Assembly (NCBI GenBank): GCA_045046875.1
Contig: JASFYY010000095.1
Coordinates: forward strand, 11,511-75,510
Origin: Verrucomicrobiota bacterium
GTDB taxonomy: Bacteria > Verrucomicrobiota > Verrucomicrobiia > Verrucomicrobiales > DEV007
Direction: 5' to 3'
Length of the DNA stretch: 64,000 bases
This document shows, in pieces, positions 60,741 through 64,000 of the stretch. The translations under genes and the position numbers were made by a program. The notes beneath the pieces were generated by a model, which was not told the origin of the DNA, did no database searches, and saw nothing but the letters and a program-made list of their open reading frames with translations. Numbering within the stretch: the first letter of the stretch is position 1; every line of letters starts with the position of its first letter.

Positions 60741-61830
60741 GCTCCTCCTCCCGCCGCAACCTTAGTTGGCCACAAGCCGCATTGATATCCCCTCCCTTTT
60801 CCCGCCGTAAAGTCGCAGCGACCTCAGCGGACTTCACTGCTCTCAAAAATGCTTCCTGCTGTTCTTCTGAAGGGCGTTTCCACGGCAACCCTTCCACGGT
60901 GTTGTAAGGGATCAAGTTCACCAAAGCCCCTACAGACTTCGCTCGTTTTCCTAACAACCGTGCCTGATCCAAACTGTCGTTCATTCCCTCGATCAAGATG
61001 TATTCAAAAGTCAGCCGCTGCTTGCGCCGCTCCCGCCAATAGTGCAGAGCCTCAAACAAGCAGTCCAAATTGTATTTATCGTTCACTGGCATGATTTGCG
61101 AACGCACGCCATCACTCGCTCCGTGTAGAGAAATCGCCAAGCGGATCTGCGCTTCGGTATCATCCGCCAGTTTTTTGATCTGCGGCGCCAGACCACTGGT
61201 CGATACCGTGATACTACGCCCCCCAATTCCCACGCCCCAGTGAGCATTCATGATCTTGATCGCTGCCGAAAGGTTAGCATAGTTAGCCAGTGGCTCACCC
61301 ATCCCCATGAACACCACATTATTCACCTTCTCTCCCGATTCCGCCTCTACCTTCAACAGCTGCGCAATAATCTCCGCAGTCGTCAAATTACGCGTGAACC
61401 CTGCCAAACCGCTGGCACAAAATTTGCAATCATACGCACAGCCCACCTGACTCGACACACACAACGTCTGTCGCTGGCTCTGCTCCCCTTGAGATCCCTG
61501 TGAGGCCTTAATGAAAACCGACTCCACCAATCTACCATCCCGCAAACGAAAAAGAAACTTGCGCGTCGCGTCCTTGGCACCATTCACCTCCACCGTTTCC
61601 AGCGGATTGATATGAAATGCTTGCTTCAACTGCTCGCGCATAGCCACGCTCACATTCAACATATCATCAAAACTCTCCACCCGTTTCACAAACAGCCACT
61701 CCAGAATTTGCTTCGCTCGATAAGGTTTCTGCCCACGCTGCTCCACCCAGTCCTCCAAACCCTGCTTACCCAGGCCCAGTATCGACACCGATACCTCACC
61801 CTTTTTTTCTGTTCCACACTCGGACATCAC
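60718..61830 (-). CDS. rlmN: 23S rRNA (adenine2503-C2)-methyltransferase
   Basis: SSQVGCAYDCKFC radical SAM motif, MGMGEP, AACGQL. Confidence 0.96.
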   Translation of the reverse strand: MMSECGTEKKGEVSVSILGLGKQGLEDWVEQRGQKPYRAKQILEWLFVKRVESFDDMLNVSVAMREQLKQAFHINPLETVEVNGAKDATRKFLFRLRDGRLVESVFIKASQGSQGEQSQRQTLCVSSQVGCAYDCKFCASGLAGFTRNLTTAEIIAQLLKVEAESGEKVNNVVFMGMGEPLANYANLSAAIKIMNAHWGVGIGGRSITVSTSGLAPQIKKLADDTEAQIRLAISLHGASDGVRSQIMPVNDKYNLDCLFEALHYWRERRKQRLTFEYILIEGMNDSLDQARLLGKRAKSVGALVNLIPYNTVEGLPWKRPSEEQQEAFLRAVKSAEVAATLRREKGGDINAACGQLRLRREEELTAAPPP

Positions 61831-61864
61831 CTCTATCGATTGATACTCGCTGAAATTAACTATT

Positions 61865-61905
61865 AAGCTGTACAGGAGCGCGGACTTTTCAGTCCGCCGC
61901 AGCTT
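61865..61905. repeat. GGAG-led REP-like hairpin or terminator
   Basis: GCGGACT-TTTC-AGTCCGC with outer AAGCTG/CAGCTT arms. Confidence 0.5.
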
Positions 61906-61917
61906 GAATATTCACCA

Positions 61918-62679
61918 TTAAAGTTTCTTGATCGAAATATTGCGAAACTGCATCAGCGAAGACGCCGGAGAAAAAGTGCCGTCCTTACGTTTGCCTCCAT
62001 GGTGTTGCAAAGCAATCGGCCCTTTGGCCGGCACTTCAGGCAACTGCGCATTTTCAATCACCGTGTGCCCATTCAACACCACCGTCAGCCGATCCCCTTT
62101 CATGGTGATCTCAAAAGTATTCCACTCGCCAATCGGATTATCTGCTTTCAGTTTTGGCGTCACCCCGGCGCGAACCTCCGGCGAAGTGTCCTTACCATTA
62201 CGGTAGCTATACACTTCTCCCGAACCAATCGGCCAACACCAGATATTGATCTGCGCCCTCGGCTCCCCACGCAGGTAAATCCCCGAATCCGCATTGGGCA
62301 TCGGATGAGTCACCTTTTTCCCTTTTTCATCCTTCACCGTGGTGCCATCAGGTAAAACGTAAGGCACATCGTAAAAACCCGTTGTGCGTTTGATTCGCCA
62401 ATCGATTTTGAGGGTGAAATCGCCAAAAGCCTCTTCCGTCCACAAATGTTTTTCCCCCTTGGCCTCACTCTGCGCATCATAATCAATGGTGCCATCCACC
62501 ACCTTCCAATGGCCATTGTCCCCTTCTGGGATTTTCCACCCGCTCAGGTCCTTGCCATTGAACAAGGGTTTAAATCCTTCCGCTGGCCCCGCTTCTGCTG
62601 TCAGCAAAGCCTGCATCGCCAGCATTGCGGCGGCTACTGCCATCACCCTTGTCGTTTTCATCATCAATTTCACTTTCAT
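61918..62679 (-). CDS. DUF1080 protein
   Basis: LFNGKDLSGW, DSGIYLRG, GEWNTFEI, GPIALQHHG, FRNISIK. Confidence 0.9.
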   Translation of the reverse strand: MKVKLMMKTTRVMAVAAAMLAMQALLTAEAGPAEGFKPLFNGKDLSGWKIPEGDNGHWKVVDGTIDYDAQSEAKGEKHLWTEEAFGDFTLKIDWRIKRTTGFYDVPYVLPDGTTVKDEKGKKVTHPMPNADSGIYLRGEPRAQINIWCWPIGSGEVYSYRNGKDTSPEVRAGVTPKLKADNPIGEWNTFEITMKGDRLTVVLNGHTVIENAQLPEVPAKGPIALQHHGGKRKDGTFSPASSLMQFRNISIKKL

Positions 62680-62883
62680 ATCAATAGGAGTTCTCTCGTG
62701 GCCTCATCATGCCATCAAGCAAGAACTCCCGCAACTTCTGATCTAAATCGGAGGGAAAGCCAGTTACTCCAGCCCAGCCCTCGCCGTGTCCCACCATGCA
62801 CTGCTCAATAAATTTCAACAATCCTTGAATTCCCCCGCAAAAGATGACATTCATTGCCTGCAGCTTTCTCAATCCTACTAATC

Positions 62884-64000
62884 ATGAACACATCCATCGG
62901 AACTCCTTTCACCTCCACAGCCACCCGCGTCATGCTTTGCGGATCAGGCGAACTCGGCAAGGAAGTGGCGATCGAACTCCAACGCTACGGAGTCGAAGTC
63001 ATCGCCTGCGACTCCTACCCCGATGCCCCCGCCATGCAAGTAGCCGATCGCTGTCACGTCTTTTCCATGCTCGACGGAGACAAGCTACGCGCCACCATCG
63101 AAGCGGAAAAACCCGACCTGGTGGTGCCTGAAGTCGAAGCCATCGCCACCGACGTACTAGCGGAAATCGAAGCCGAAGGCCTCGCCACCGTCATCCCCAC
63201 TGCGCGCGCCACCCAGTTGACCATGAACCGTGAAGGCATCCGCCGGCTCGCCGCCGAGGAACTCGAGCTGACCACCTCGCCCTACCAATTTGCCGCCAGC
63301 AAAGAGGAATTTGATGCCGCCATCAAAAACATCGGCTTGCCCTGCGTGATCAAACCCATCATGTCCTCATCCGGTAAAGGGCAAAGCACCATCCGCAGTG
63401 CAGATGAAATTGACCAAGCCTGGACTTACGCCCAGGAAGGCGGACGCAGTGGTGCCGGCAAAGTGATCGTCGAAGGGTTTGTCGACTTCGACTACGAGAT
63501 CACCCTGCTGACCGTGCGTCACATTGACGGCACCAGCTTCTGCGAACCCGTTGGCCACATCCAAGTCGATGGGGACTACCGTGAATCCTGGCAACCACAA
63601 GCCATGACCCCAGACGCGCTCGCTGCAGCGCAAGAATACGCAGAAAAAATCACCACCGCTCTCGGAGGCCGCGGATTATTTGGCGTCGAACTTTTTGTCA
63701 AAGGAGATGAGATCATCTTCAGTGAAGTCTCCCCGCGCCCGCACGACACCGGCATGGTAACGATGATTTCCCAGGATATCAGCCAGTTCGCTCTGCACGC
63801 CCGTGCCATCCTCGGCTTGCCCATCCCCAACATCCAACAACACGGCCCCTCCGCCTCCTGCGTGATTCTAGTCGAAGGTCAATCCGACCAAGTGGTCTTT
63901 GGCAACCTCTCCACCGCTCTCAAAGAACCCGACACTCAAATCCGACTCTTCGGCAAACCCCAGGTCAACGGTCACCGCCGCATGGGTGTCGCCATCGCAA
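62884..64000 (+). CDS. purT: formate-dependent phosphoribosylglycinamide formyltransferase (3' end outside window; absent from ORF track)
   Basis: Manual translation MNTSIGTP...[10 protein letters not shown]...APAMQVA...[12 protein letters not shown]...[10 protein letters not shown]. Confidence 0.95.
   Translation, partial: MNTSIGTPFTSTATRVMLCGSGELGKEVAIELQRYGVEVIACDSYPDAPAMQVADRCHVFSMLDGDKLRATIEAEKPDLVVPEVEAIATDVLAEIEAEGLATVIPTARATQLTMNREGIRRLAAEELELTTSPYQFAASKEEFDAAIKNIGLPCVIKPIMSSSGKGQSTIRSADEIDQAWTYAQEGGRSGAGKVIVEGFVDFDYEITLLTVRHIDGTSFCEPVGHIQVDGDYRESWQPQAMTPDALAAAQEYAEKITTALGGRGLFGVELFVKGDEIIFSEVSPRPHDTGMVTMISQDISQFALHARAILGLPIPNIQQHGPSASCVILVEGQSDQVVFGNLSTALKEPDTQIRLFGKPQVNGHRRMGVAIA

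Noticed and set aside
62680..62883. ZMP/ZTP or purine riboswitch before purT
   Set aside because: No consensus elements recognised; an Rfam scan would settle it

Overview
Chromosomal window, probably from a polysaccharide-degrading PVC-superphylum bacterium (most likely Verrucomicrobiota; inferred from DUF1588/DUF1080 proteins, sulfatases, a PVC-type propeller-cytochrome c protein and gene style). The left half (1-30 kb) is an accessory patchwork of secreted hydrolases (two sulfatases, a GH33 sialidase with a divergent GntR regulator, lactonases, esterases), with rlmF, pepA and cls, several 3'-only gene remnants and many short palindromic REP/MITE-like elements. The middle holds yegS, hflX, moeA, tRNA-Ser(GCT) and a split feoB locus with two DtxR-family regulators. 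The best candidate for an undescribed system is the minus-strand cluster at 47.6-57.4 kb, mostly translationally coupled: two membrane fatty-acid desaturases, a fused RnfD/UnbU-like membrane + FG-GAP/ASPIC-UnbV protein, a Rieske oxygenase, a GH3 acyl-amido synthetase and two GNAT-like proteins. It has no PKS, NRPS or ACP, and looks like a pathway for a modified unsaturated lipid or N-acyl amide. The right end has OmpA, an ECF sigma/anti-sigma pair, rlmN and a partial purT. No CRISPR array, intact transposase, integrase or rRNA was seen. All family calls come from motif recognition by eye, not from database searches.
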